Of a stretch of 64,000 bases of DNA, positions 18,617-28,700 are shown piece by piece. The stretch is from Bdellovibrionota bacterium (GTDB lineage Bacteria > Bdellovibrionota_C > UBA2361 > OMII01). Below the pieces are notes generated by a model that did no database searches, was not told the DNA's origin, and saw only the letters and a list, made by a program, of their open reading frames with translations. The stretch is taken from contig JBBAUR010000002.1 of assembly GCA_040398075.1 (NCBI GenBank), positions 61,834 through 125,833 of the forward strand, given 5' to 3'. How positions within the stretch are numbered: the stretch's first letter is position 1; every line of letters begins with the position of its first letter. A program made the translations under genes and the position numbers.

Positions 18617-19972
18617 CTACCAGTTGTGGAAAGTTGACAGTGGGACCCCCATTTCACGCGAGCGGACGAACGAGCCGAGCATGTGAAGCGTTCCTCCGAT
18701 CAACCTAGATTCAGTAAGGCCTACAAACATGCTGTCCGACGAAAGCTTCCCGTAATACTCCCTCGTCAGAGAGCTCTTATTCGCTTCCAGCTCTGCAACC
18801 GTTTGCGCCAGTTCATAGGCAAGCGCAGGAATGAAGTCTTTGAACTTGTCCGGGATTTTCTCCAGTAGGCCATTGTCTTCGGCCTTTGCGAGTTTCGCAC
18901 TGTACCAATTGAGGTGCTCGATATCACGAATCATGCGAGGACGATCGGCATCCACGTGACCACCGTAAATTCCTCCTTGGCTGTCCATTCCTGCGAAGCT
19001 GATTCCCTTCGGCAGAAGGTCCAGCTCCAATAGGGCGGCACACATTTCTGCATCCGACAGGCCCCAATTGAGGGGTATCATCGGATCGGATGTTCCGCGA
19101 TCGAACACCGGCTGCTTCAGTACGCCGATGCGCGCGGCGTGGTGAGTACCGGCGAGCGCCGCAAAAAGGCGGAGCCCTTCGGAACTTCCGTTGGCCTCGG
19201 TGAAGACCCCACCAATTGGGGAATGAACGAGATCTTCGACTAGACGACGGGAGAACACCATACCGTTCTCATTTGGAGTTGCCGGTGTGGGCGCGGTGGC
19301 GTCGGAGCAGCAGAGTCCCATCATCAGGCGAGAGAAATCAAAGCAACCGTCGGCAGTGGTGAACTTCGGGATCGGCAACACTTCGTCGCTCCCTGGATAT
19401 TGGGCACACAACGCGGCGAACTCCGCATCATTTGCGAAGTCCTCGGAGCCTTCTCGACGCACGAATCGAGGCGACACGATCGATAGCCCGCGCTCATTCG
19501 CCGTCTTGACGAGCCTGCCGAAAGCATTCGGAGCAAACCGGCTGTCGTCGTCGAGCTTTGCGGTGAAGTCGGCCGTACCGTGCTCGCGAGCAAGGTAATT
19601 AACCCCAACGTTGAAGGATCGGGCGGGACTGTGACGCTCTGTAGTCCGTACGGCATACCCACCAATGAGACCACGGCTATACCACTGAGCAAGGCGCCTC
19701 TCGAAGTCACCTATCGTGGAGGTGTCCAACCCGAAATTCACCAGAACAACATTTCTGATACTGGCGCCGTACTCGGGATTCTGAGCCTCCACTAAAATCT
19801 GTTCGATTGCCCGCTTGGCAATTTCGACACGCTCCGGATATCCAACTCCCATAACGAGATCGACTTTCGGCATTACGAGCGGGGTGGGGTCGAAACCTTC
19901 ATTGGCTGCTTCCTTCTCCCTCAAGTGATCGCGTTGAATTCGGATTAAGTCGGCAAGCCGCGTGGCGGACAT
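18617..19972 (-). CDS. Hypothetical protein, possible GT-A-fold glycosyltransferase
   Basis: 451-aa ORF with good coding look. It has a Rossmann-like N-terminal half and KLDDDSRF (DxD-like). No family was recognised with certainty. Confidence 0.35.
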   Translation of the reverse strand: MSATRLADLIRIQRDHLREKEAANEGFDPTPLVMPKVDLVMGVGYPERVEIAKRAIEQILVEAQNPEYGASIRNVVLVNFGLDTSTIGDFERRLAQWYSRGLIGGYAVRTTERHSPARSFNVGVNYLAREHGTADFTAKLDDDSRFAPNAFGRLVKTANERGLSIVSPRFVRREGSEDFANDAEFAALCAQYPGSDEVLPIPKFTTADGCFDFSRLMMGLCCSDATAPTPATPNENGMVFSRRLVEDLVHSPIGGVFTEANGSSEGLRLFAALAGTHHAARIGVLKQPVFDRGTSDPMIPLNWGLSDAEMCAALLELDLLPKGISFAGMDSQGGIYGGHVDADRPRMIRDIEHLNWYSAKLAKAEDNGLLEKIPDKFKDFIPALAYELAQTVAELEANKSSLTREYYGKLSSDSMFVGLTESRLIGGTLHMLGSFVRSREMGVPLSTFHNW

Positions 19973-20599
19973 CTGATTGTAGACTCCGGAAAATATGGAA
20001 TCGAACGCTTGACACTTTATCGTGCTCCCATCGCCTAGTCAAAGAGCTGGCTTATGTAGGTCGACGGCTGCGAAGAACCCCGCGGTATTTCTCTGGTTCC
20101 GCTGGTCCAGGGTTGCTTTAGCAGGGACCCTTAACACGACGTGCGCGGCATGTGCCGGTCGTCGATAAAACCCTCACAGGCGGTCCAGTAGCTGCACTTG
20201 TAGCCGAGATGCGGCACCTGGAATTGATTCAAGAGCATCAATTGTGTTTCTGGCGAAGTAGCTCTGGCCGCTGAGAGAACTAGTTAGGGTTTGCTTATCT
20301 TTTCTTGATGCGATGCGCTCGTTATCGTAGGTCTTGGGGCGAGCCCTAATCCACCTTTGCGCAAACGCCGGCTCCTTGCCATCATTTCGTCGGTATATGT
20401 TTTGTTCGGGGGATAGGGGGCCATCGATTGAAAGCAGTCGAGCGTCGGGGTGTTTGCTTCACAAAACAGTGCTCTTAAAAACTCTCGAGACCAGTTCCCT
20501 AGAAGGATACGAATACGTACAAACGTCGACCTCTACGTTTTCCGTGCACCTGCTCGTGCACCCTGACGCCTACTTTTACTTTTGTACGATTAGGTATTT

Positions 20600-21049
20600 A
20601 TGAGACCACTTCTACTCTCTACGAGCACATCTTACGAACTAGCCCTTTCGCATCGAAGTGATCTGATTTGGTGCGGTTCCTTGATTACGCATGTTGAGGA
20701 GCGAGTTGCCGCGGATCTTCTTCGTTTTTTTTATCGGCAGTTATCGGATGATGGGGTGTGTGTTTTTACAACCCACGGTCGCCGGTCAGTGCGATTCATT
20801 CAGGATAAGACGCTCACATACCATCTGACGGAGGATGCCCAACAAAGGGTGGTGTATGGCTACGAAGCGACGGGTTACGGATATGCGGATTACCCGGATC
20901 AAACAGGTTACGGAATTTCCATAGTATCGCATCAACGTATTCTGGAGATGGCAAAAGAGGTTGGTGACTGGAGTGAGGTTTTGTTCAAGGAAAACGGATG
21001 GGATAACCATCAAGATGTCTATGCTTTCGTCAAGCGGACAGCCCCATGA
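20600..21049 (+). CDS. Class I SAM-methyltransferase-like protein, probably N-terminally truncated
   Basis: DLIWCGSLITHVEE..LSDDGVCVFTTHG resembles post-motif II/III of class I MTases. No GxGxG SAM-binding motif was found upstream in any frame. Confidence 0.35.
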   Translation: MRPLLLSTSTSYELALSHRSDLIWCGSLITHVEERVAADLLRFFYRQLSDDGVCVFTTHGRRSVRFIQDKTLTYHLTEDAQQRVVYGYEATGYGYADYPDQTGYGISIVSHQRILEMAKEVGDWSEVLFKENGWDNHQDVYAFVKRTAP

Positions 21050-21069
21050 GCGGGAGGCATGCAGAAAGA

Positions 21070-21816
21070 GCGCCGAGCTCATACCGGGAGAGTCAGCTCA
21101 CGAGAAGAATACTGGTGAAGAATATTGGCGCAGGGTTACGCTCCGGGAGTTCCCGAACCATTTCTTGGAGGATCGCTGGTACGAGCACGACGATGGGCAG
21201 TGGAGTACCGGAGTCGACTAATCCAGGAGGACATCGTATCGCTTGAAAGTGTACGAGACGTAGGAATGATGGAGCTGCTCGCCATAAACTTACCGGAACG
21301 GGTGGGAAGTCCGCTCTTTATCAATGCCCGTCGAGAGGGTCTGCAAATTACCCACCAAACAGTGAGCCGATGGCTCGATATCCTCGAGCGAGTCGATGGG
21401 ATCTTCCGACTGATGCCTTTTGGTGCGCCAAAGATTAGGGCAGTGAAGAAGAAGCGGAAGCACTATCATTATAACTGGGCCTTGGTTCCCGAAAAGAGCA
21501 CGCGGTTTGAGAATATGATTGCGAGCCATCTCCTTAAATGGGTCGACTATCTTTTCGACACCGAGGGTCGAGAGCTTGAGCTGCGATACTTTTGAGATGT
21601 AGCCGGGCGCGAGGTTGACTTTATCCTCGTAGAAAGGCGTCAGCCGATCATGCTTGTGGAGTTCAGGCTGGCGAATGGCGCTCCCATACCGGCACTGCGC
21701 TACTTAAAAGAGAGATTTCCACGTGCTCGAGCAGTACAGGTTGTCCGGGATGATATTCCATCCAGTATTCACCGCGGTGAGATAGAGGTGTGCGCAGCTC
21801 GGAGCTTTCTACAGGA
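21070..21816 (+). pseudogene. DUF4143-type AAA ATPase remnant (lacks P-loop domain, frameshift near 21110, in-frame TGA at 21593-21595)
   Basis: GVPEPFLGGSLVRARRWAVEYRSRLIQEDI...PKIRAVKKKRKHYHYNWAL...ELELRYF*DVAGREVDFILVE...VQVV. The same frame continues through the TGA to TAG 21814-21816. Confidence 0.65.
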
Positions 21817-22019
21817 GTTTGTTTAGGAGTCATGCTCTATGGTGGTAAGGTTGCTGTTTTCCCCTAATTTCCCCTCTATCCGGGCCACTTTTTGAAAAGT
21901 AAGCGATAAGGTCAAGACCGCCGTCTGTGTATGCTCAGGCGATACACATGGGAGAGCCAGAAGAAAAAGCTCCAACATCGCCGACGCTGAGGAATATGCC
22001 CCCGCTGTGGAGCCAAGGG

Positions 22020-22058
22020 AGCGGTGAAGTTCGCAGCTTGTCCGACGTAGCTTTGGCG
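22020..22058 (-). repeat. 39-nt repeat, inverted copy A
   Basis: The reverse complement equals 22592-22630 with one mismatch (cgccaaagctacgtcggacaaRctgcgaacttcaccgct). Confidence 0.8.
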
Positions 22059-22591
22059 AAGTCCGAAGCACCTTCACGGCGAAGTTATCCAAGACCTTCC
22101 CCACGGCTCGACTGAGCTCGCCGAAGTGAGGAGTTCCATTTGAATCGCTCGCCACCTATCTCACTACATCTTCCGTAGACACGTTGAATCTCTTTCCGCC
22201 CAGCAGTTCGCGGATACAGGCTGCAATTGAAGCTGTATCTGATGCCAATCCCATTCGGTGCGAATGATTAACTCTCAAGACATGCGAGAGGCTGCCGAAT
22301 GGGTGAATGGGTACTGGGTGAAAAAATCAGCTCATTTCCAGTTACAGCAGCGAGCCAGGCAGTTAGAGGTGGTGTTGATAGTCGTAGGGCACGATTTCAG
22401 AAGAGGTAAGCAACGGACGAAAGAGGGAAGGGAGGGAGGCTGGTAGTTTACGCGGCTTTGTCGTGTGCGGCCGAGGACGAGTCGTACGACGGGAGTTCAT
22501 CGAAAGCCTCTCCTCCTTCGCGCTTCGCGCTACGGCGAGACAAGTACGGTATCGATGAATTTTGGAATCGGAGGCGGTGCCTGTCCGTCTA

Positions 22592-22630
22592 CGCCAAAGC
22601 TACGTCGGACAAACTGCGAACTTCACCGCT
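22592..22630 (+). repeat. 39-nt repeat, inverted copy B
   Basis: See copy A. The two copies bracket about 530 bp that contain no convincing ORF. Confidence 0.8.
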
Positions 22631-22889
22631 ATCTTATAATTGCGAGCCATTTTTACACTTTCGGCTCAGCGTGGAATCAAGTGGGTGGTAGCGAGGTCAG
22701 GGATAGCGTAAGTCATTGTTTGCACTGATAAATCCCGCCTTCCCACGTGTACGTGCTCGTGCACGGTGAGATAACACTGAGCCCTACTTACTCGATTTCA
22801 TGAAGAACCACACTTCCCAGCACATGAATCTTCTCTTATGATCTTTAAAAAAGCTGCCCCTAAGAGTTGAACAACGATATAGAGATAGC

Positions 22890-24113
22890 ATGGTATCAAT
22901 CCGGTGGTTGAGGTGTCTCGGTTCCGTAGGGAGCCTTTTTCTTTTAGTGAGTGAGGCTCAGGCGGATAAAGTCTGCCTCAAAACGCAGCTTCGCTCGGGA
23001 CGAGCGGTGCTCTCCAGGCGCGTTGTCGGATCCGCAGTAAACTGTCCGCGTGGTTTCACTGAAATCGTGGATTCCGCCACTCTCACCGGTCCTCAAGGCG
23101 CTACAGGCCCCACGGGAGCCACAGGTGCTAACGGGGCTACAGGGGCTAACGGTGTTAATGGTGCCAATGGCTCTGCTGGAGCGGATGGCGCTCTTAGAGT
23201 TTGGGGTAATGGTTCCTCGGGAGCGTTGACCCCAGCGGACGGGGCGACTCTCGATCCCAAGGGGCAGTACACCGATATAAACATCCTGGCTGGTAGAACG
23301 GTCTACGTCCTGTCTGGAAGCGTCATTCGCTGCACCGGAACGCTCACGGTTTCTGGAACGCTGATCGTTGACCCAACGGGTCTCGGGGGCGCAATCGAAT
23401 CAACATCGGACACACAACTCATCTTCCCCGTGTCACGGTCAGCAAGTCCGGGCAGTTCGGGAATTTCGGCGCCGAATGGGGCTGTTCGTATTGGGCTTAA
23501 CACTATTCTCGGCGCGCGCCATAGCCTGATCTCTCGACCCGATACTCTCAGAAATCTCCTTCGCGTGCGACCCGGGGATGGGGGTGGTGCGGGAGGGGGA
23601 GCGCTCGGAGCAGAGGGTGCTGAAGGTGGTGGCGCCGTCTCTGTTTTCTGTAAAACCGGGGTATCCGTACCCGGGCTGATCCTCGCTAATGGCTTTGGCA
23701 GTAACCAAGGCCGCAGTGGTGGTGGAGGCGCGGGAGGGATCGTTGTACTAGCCTCAAACACAGCTATTTCAGTTGCTGGTACTATCGGCGCATTTGGCGG
23801 GAGGGGTGGTTCAGCAACCTCTTCAGTGCCTGCGAGCGGCGGTGGAGCGGGGGGGCTCATTCATCTGCTCGCTCCGGCGATCAATGTCACCGGTGCTCTC
23901 TCTGTTGCAGGTGGAGATGGTGGCAGTGCCGGTACGCTGAGTGGTGCAACGCTTTACGGGTCCGGTGGAGCAGGGGGAAGCCTCGTCTCGTCTGGCGGTA
24001 ATGGGGGTACTGTACTTGCCAGCGGATCAGCTCTCGCTGGGTTGAACGGAGATGCTGGAAGTGCCGTGCAGACTCTGGTGACTACCACGGAGCTTGAGGC
24101 CCTTCTGCTGTAG
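22890..24113 (+). CDS. Secreted collagen-triplet / glycine-rich repeat protein
   Basis: Signal peptide (LGSVGSLFLLVSEAQA), about 11 G-X-Y triplets (GPQGATGPTGATGANGATGANGVNGANGSAGADG), then a long region of GGxGG-punctuated short beta-like segments. Confidence 0.65.
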   Translation: MVSIRWLRCLGSVGSLFLLVSEAQADKVCLKTQLRSGRAVLSRRVVGSAVNCPRGFTEIVDSATLTGPQGATGPTGATGANGATGANGVNGANGSAGADGALRVWGNGSSGALTPADGATLDPKGQYTDINILAGRTVYVLSGSVIRCTGTLTVSGTLIVDPTGLGGAIESTSDTQLIFPVSRSASPGSSGISAPNGAVRIGLNTILGARHSLISRPDTLRNLLRVRPGDGGGAGGGALGAEGAEGGGAVSVFCKTGVSVPGLILANGFGSNQGRSGGGGAGGIVVLASNTAISVAGTIGAFGGRGGSATSSVPASGGGAGGLIHLLAPAINVTGALSVAGGDGGSAGTLSGATLYGSGGAGGSLVSSGGNGGTVLASGSALAGLNGDAGSAVQTLVTTTELEALLL

Positions 24114-25066
24114 CAATCCCGGTCAACGGCCTTTAACAGGCTGCGGAAAAATGCTCTTCTGCTTCGGAATCCGGTCTTTCGGCCAGCACCAAAACCTAGA
24201 CTTTGTTGCCACGAAGCCGTTTTTCGCAGCGATTTGAATAAGAGAGGCGGTTAGGAGTTCGCTTTCTTGATCGCGCGCAGCGGATAGAGATTTCACACTG
24301 CAGCCTCCTTGAGCTTCTTGCCACAGCTATGGCTTGTCTAAAGACTAAACACAGACGGCAGTGCATCTGGACTCCGATGAGCTTTATGGGGACCGAGTAG
24401 CGTCATAAATCTTCCCCTGATTTCTGAGTATGTTACGAGGCAAAGCCGGACGCAGTATCATAACGTCAAGCGGCTCGGGTTACTCAGGTAGTGGTTACGG
24501 TGGGAGTTATGGAGGTAGTCACTCCTCTTATCATTCTCCTCCCTACCACTGGTATCATGAAGGCACCGGACCAGTTGGCGACAGTGGCTATCCACCGTGG
24601 GGTTTGGTTTAGCTGACCTTGCTGCAGATGTCATCTTGGCTGTTGAGCGACGAGTTGGCGCTAGCTCGAGCACCTTAAGTGAACAAAGAGGTCAGCAACG
24701 GGGTATCATACCGAATTTTCCTATACCCCTCACCCTCTCTGCGCTCCCGCTCTCTTTGTGTCCCCCCCCCCTTCTTGTTTGCATACCCCTACCCAAGCGC
24801 CGGGCCACACTACCCACTCGATTTCCTGAAGCGCTAAAAAGAAAGATGCTTAGGTCCAAATTCCGTAGTATTTTGATACGGTTGCTACAGGGTGCAAGCT
24901 AAGTAGGTTCGAGCGGGTTACCCTCAACATCGGTTGAACTGCTGATGGTAGTGAAGGGATCTCGCCACCGTGCTAGTAGCAGTACGAAACTATCTTAGGC
25001 TCAACCTTAAGCATTGTCTTACGAAAGCTTATGACAACATTTTAGCCAAGTAGACGCGGAGAAGAG

Positions 25067-25603
25067 GTGAAGATTAACCCATCGGTCCGAGAACTCGAAC
25101 CAGATGACGCGGAAGCTTACAAAGCGCTCCGCATCAAAGCTCTTTCTGAACATCCGGAAGCATTCGGACAATCGGTTGAGGAGGCTCGGCAGCAGACTAT
25201 CGAAGAGATCCGACACAAAATCATGGGATGGCAAAGCACCGGAGGATTTGCTCTTGCTGCTTTTAACGCGGAAGGTGGAATCTTGGGGATGGTTGCTGTC
25301 AGACGTCCCGAGTTCGAAAAGATGCGGCACCGCGGTCATGTCTGGGGGGTATATGTTGATTCATCGACCCGCGGACAAGGAATTGCGACAAAGCTGTTCG
25401 AGGGTATCATTGCACGTGCGTCCAATTCGCCGGGCTTGGTTCAGCTCGACATCGAGGTGGTGACTGAAAATACGGTTGCGTTTGGGTTGTATCGGAAAAT
25501 GGGATTTGAAGTGGTAGGCAAGCAACCTCGAGCGATTAAAGTAAACGGAAGATATTTTGACGAACATCTGCTCGTTCGGCATCTCGATTCGGAGGGAAGG
25601 TAG
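25067..25603 (+). CDS. GNAT-family N-acetyltransferase
   Basis: RGQGIATKLFEGII (acetyl-CoA binding Q/RxxGxG/A) and AFGLYRKMGFEVVG. The start codon is GTG. Confidence 0.85.
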   Translation: MKINPSVRELEPDDAEAYKALRIKALSEHPEAFGQSVEEARQQTIEEIRHKIMGWQSTGGFALAAFNAEGGILGMVAVRRPEFEKMRHRGHVWGVYVDSSTRGQGIATKLFEGIIARASNSPGLVQLDIEVVTENTVAFGLYRKMGFEVVGKQPRAIKVNGRYFDEHLLVRHLDSEGR

Positions 25604-25793
25604 AAATCAACTGGTACCGACGCTCATCGCGTCGTATACGTCGCATTTCCTGGCGTCTTCACGCACTCCGACTAGAGGGGGTTTGGATTAGCGAAGTTGG
25701 CGCTGACGCTAACGTTCCAACATTCGCAGGATGCTGGGCGGTTACTGGACTACTAAACAGTCTGTGCGGAGGAGCTTTTTCGAACGTGCTCCT

Positions 25794-28700
25794 CTACAAC
25801 GCTTCGTGCGGGTACACGACGTTTTGCGGGGGCAACGCATCTCCGAAGTGAGGGCTCCACACAAAGGGCTGAGGACGTATCCAGGAGCTTAAGCTCACTT
25901 CAAGGGCGACCTCGGTGAGCACCTTGTCGTATGCAGCAACCATCTGGGAGATGGTGTAGCCGTGGTGTTGTGTATTCAGTCCTCCCTGTTGCAGTTGAGT
26001 TGCCAGCTGCGTGTTGCTGTAGAGGTCATAGAGAGCTTTCGTCACCTCTCTCCAATCACACCCTTGAAAGACCAGCGCATTCGTTCCTGGGGATAGAATC
26101 ATGGAGAGATCCATGTGAGGTTGGACGACCAAGGGGACACATCCGTGTGCAAGGCTTGCGGCAAGCGTGGGAGCCAGAGCACCAAAATCGGGTGTTAGAA
26201 CGATCGTATCGTGCTCCTGCAGTAACTTCGTAAGCAGAGTGGGCTCAGGGTAAGAAACGACGCGGATGATCCCACGCCGTATTCTGTCCTCGAAGGGAGG
26301 TCCCAGCTTTTCGAGGACGCTACGCGCTGATTCAGAGATAAGGAGCGAGAGCCGATAGGGGAAGTCTGCGATATCCAACTCATTCAACAATCCTGTGCAG
26401 TCGGCCAAATAACTTTCGCTCGAAGTAGAGTTCCCAGCGAACAGGATCTGCACGGGGCTGTTGGGTTGCTTAGCCGGACGGCACCTGGCTTGACCCGAGC
26501 AGTCAACAACATGCGCAGGTATGGTACGTATACGGTCGAGGAGACCAGGATTGTACGTGCACATACTCCTTGTCAGCTCATCACTAAGACTGATAATTCG
26601 ATTGCAGTACAGCCCGAGTCGGTAGCTCTGCTCGTAATCGGCACCGCGCCCCCCCAGCAGAGTTCCAACCACGCCAACATTCGAGGGAAGCGCAGGAATG
26701 ATACTGTTTGTGATAGTATCGTCGCCCGCAAAAAAGATGCACCGATCTGTTTGCATCAGAAAGTTTTGAAGGGCACACCAGCGCTCCTGGGTATGGTTCT
26801 TCAGCGCAGAGGCGACACTGGAGTGTGCGATCTGGGGCTCGTGATATTGCTCTCCAATAACCAATCGGTCCGTGAAGAGCACACGGGCATCCCAGCCTAG
26901 GCTGCGAAGACCGTCAATGACATGCTTCCACAAGATATTGGTTCCACTTATGTTCCACGACGAGGCACCGAAGTAGACAGGTAGTTTGGTCTGTTGTGTG
27001 CTCGCTCCGTTACCAGAAGCGGGTCGAAAACTCCCTATTTGGCGCCAACTGCGTTCGGTGCAGACATGCTGGAGAATAGTGTCGACGTACTGAGAGAAGG
27101 AGAACGATTGTTCGATGCGTTCACGACCACACCGTCCCATCATCTCTCTTTTCTCGACATCGTTTACCAAGGCACTGAGAGCGTCGTTGACTCCGAACAT
27201 GTCGAGAAACGGTACGACGATCCCAGCGTCGTCACGGACTACCTCTGTTGAGCCGATGGTCTCATCGAATAGAATCACGGGTAGTCTGGCTGCCATCGCC
27301 TCTAGTACGACACAGGGGAAGGGATCAAGGCGCGCCAGATGCAGAAAGATATCAGCTGCGTAAAAGTAGCGGCGAGTGTCCTCACGCGGGCCGACGAAAA
27401 ACACCTTATCGGTCAACCCTGCACGGTACACATCGCTGTGCACCCAGTCCTCGTAAAACACGTTCGATCGGTCTGAGTCTCCGATCCACACGAACGCAAT
27501 AGGTCGATCCGGATTCTTACGGATGAATTGCTGGGCCGCGACAACGAAGAGATCGCAACCCTTTCTGCACTGAATTGAACCAACCCCCAGGATGACCGTA
27601 GTATCCTCGGGAATGCCGAGCTCTTTGCACACGTCAGCCCGGTCCTGCTCTCGCGACCCTCGCAGAAACGCGGGGTCGTTGAGACCTTGCGGGATGACCC
27701 GAGCATCACTCGCCTTACTGCTCAATCTGCTGTGATGTACAACTGCATCGCGTTTTACGAGCTCACTCGGAAAGGCTACCAGGCGCGAGTTGTCGAAGAC
27801 GCTCTTGAGGTTGTACTCGTTGTAGCGCTCGGTGAACTCGTGTATGAGGGAGTAGGACGGCACGTCCATGCTGACCAGCAGACGCAGAATGTCTGCGCAT
27901 TCGAGCGAATTTACGATCGCTACGGTGCGAGAGGGTTTTAGTATCGCCATGATGTGCGGGGCAAAATTGCCTATGCCGTGCTGCGCCGTGAGCCGCTCGA
28001 AATTGATGACAGTTGCAACCTCAGCAAAGTCCGCTTCGAGGGGTCCCCCCCGAGCGAGGATGACGATACATTCTACGCCATACTTGTTCTTCAGTTCGCG
28101 TGTGATGTTGAGAGCGATGAGTGGTGCTCCGGTGCGACTTGCGTCGTGCGACGTGACGATGACCCGCACCGGGGCAACGGTACGCTTGACACCGACGTCA
28201 GAGTTCAATTGTGCATAGAGCTCGGCGAAGTCGGTGCTCGGGAAAGGGAGGCTTTCTTTGTCTACTACCAGTGGCAGTCTAGAGTACGAGTAGTAGTGAA
28301 ACGGCGGCACGACGTTCGCTGTTCTGCAGGCTGGCCTTTGCTTGAGGTAGTATGTAGTGCTCAAGGCCCAACACGGATCCGAATCACCGCCAGATTCCCA
28401 GTCCTCGAGGTACGCTTCGAGCGGGGTAATACCTGGTCGCTGTAGCTCGGGATACTTGAGGCGATACCAATTGGTATCAAAAAAAGGATGAGGGTTTCTA
28501 CCTTCTTCTACACCCCATGCGACATAGTGAGTCAGGGGCTCCATGTGGTATTTTAAAAGATACGGATTGTTGGTCGAGTAGAAGAGGGAGTCAAAGAGTG
28601 GGTGCGGACGGAGCCCTTGGGTATGACCGTCACGCAGATAATGAACCAAGGGATGTTCGTTGAGTTCGGGTATCCCACGCGCCTTCAGTTGAGTCCGGTA

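Noticed and set aside
21593-21595. TGA recoding (selenocysteine, or a code with TGA as Trp/Gly) in the DUF4143 gene
   Set aside because: TGA is used as a genuine stop at many well-supported gene ends here (153-155, 48261-48263, 50709-50711, 55796-55798). The gene is also truncated and frameshifted, so a nonsense mutation in a pseudogene is the simpler reading.
23303-23860. 185-aa minus-strand ORF (Pro/Ala-rich), plus 23093-23284 and 23439-23708, antisense to the glycine-rich gene
   Set aside because: The reverse complement of GGN-rich codons gives NCC (Pro/Ala/Ser/Thr) codons and long stop-free frames. There is no independent start or RBS logic. The sense frame has a signal peptide and coherent repeats.
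24430-24612. 60-aa Gly/Ser/Tyr-rich ORF (GSGYSGSGYGGSYGGSHSSYHSPPYHWYH)
   Set aside because: There is no RBS upstream of the ATG and no signal peptide. It overlaps other junk-like ORFs in a ~950-bp ORF-poor stretch. Its composition is curious, but I cannot support it as a gene.
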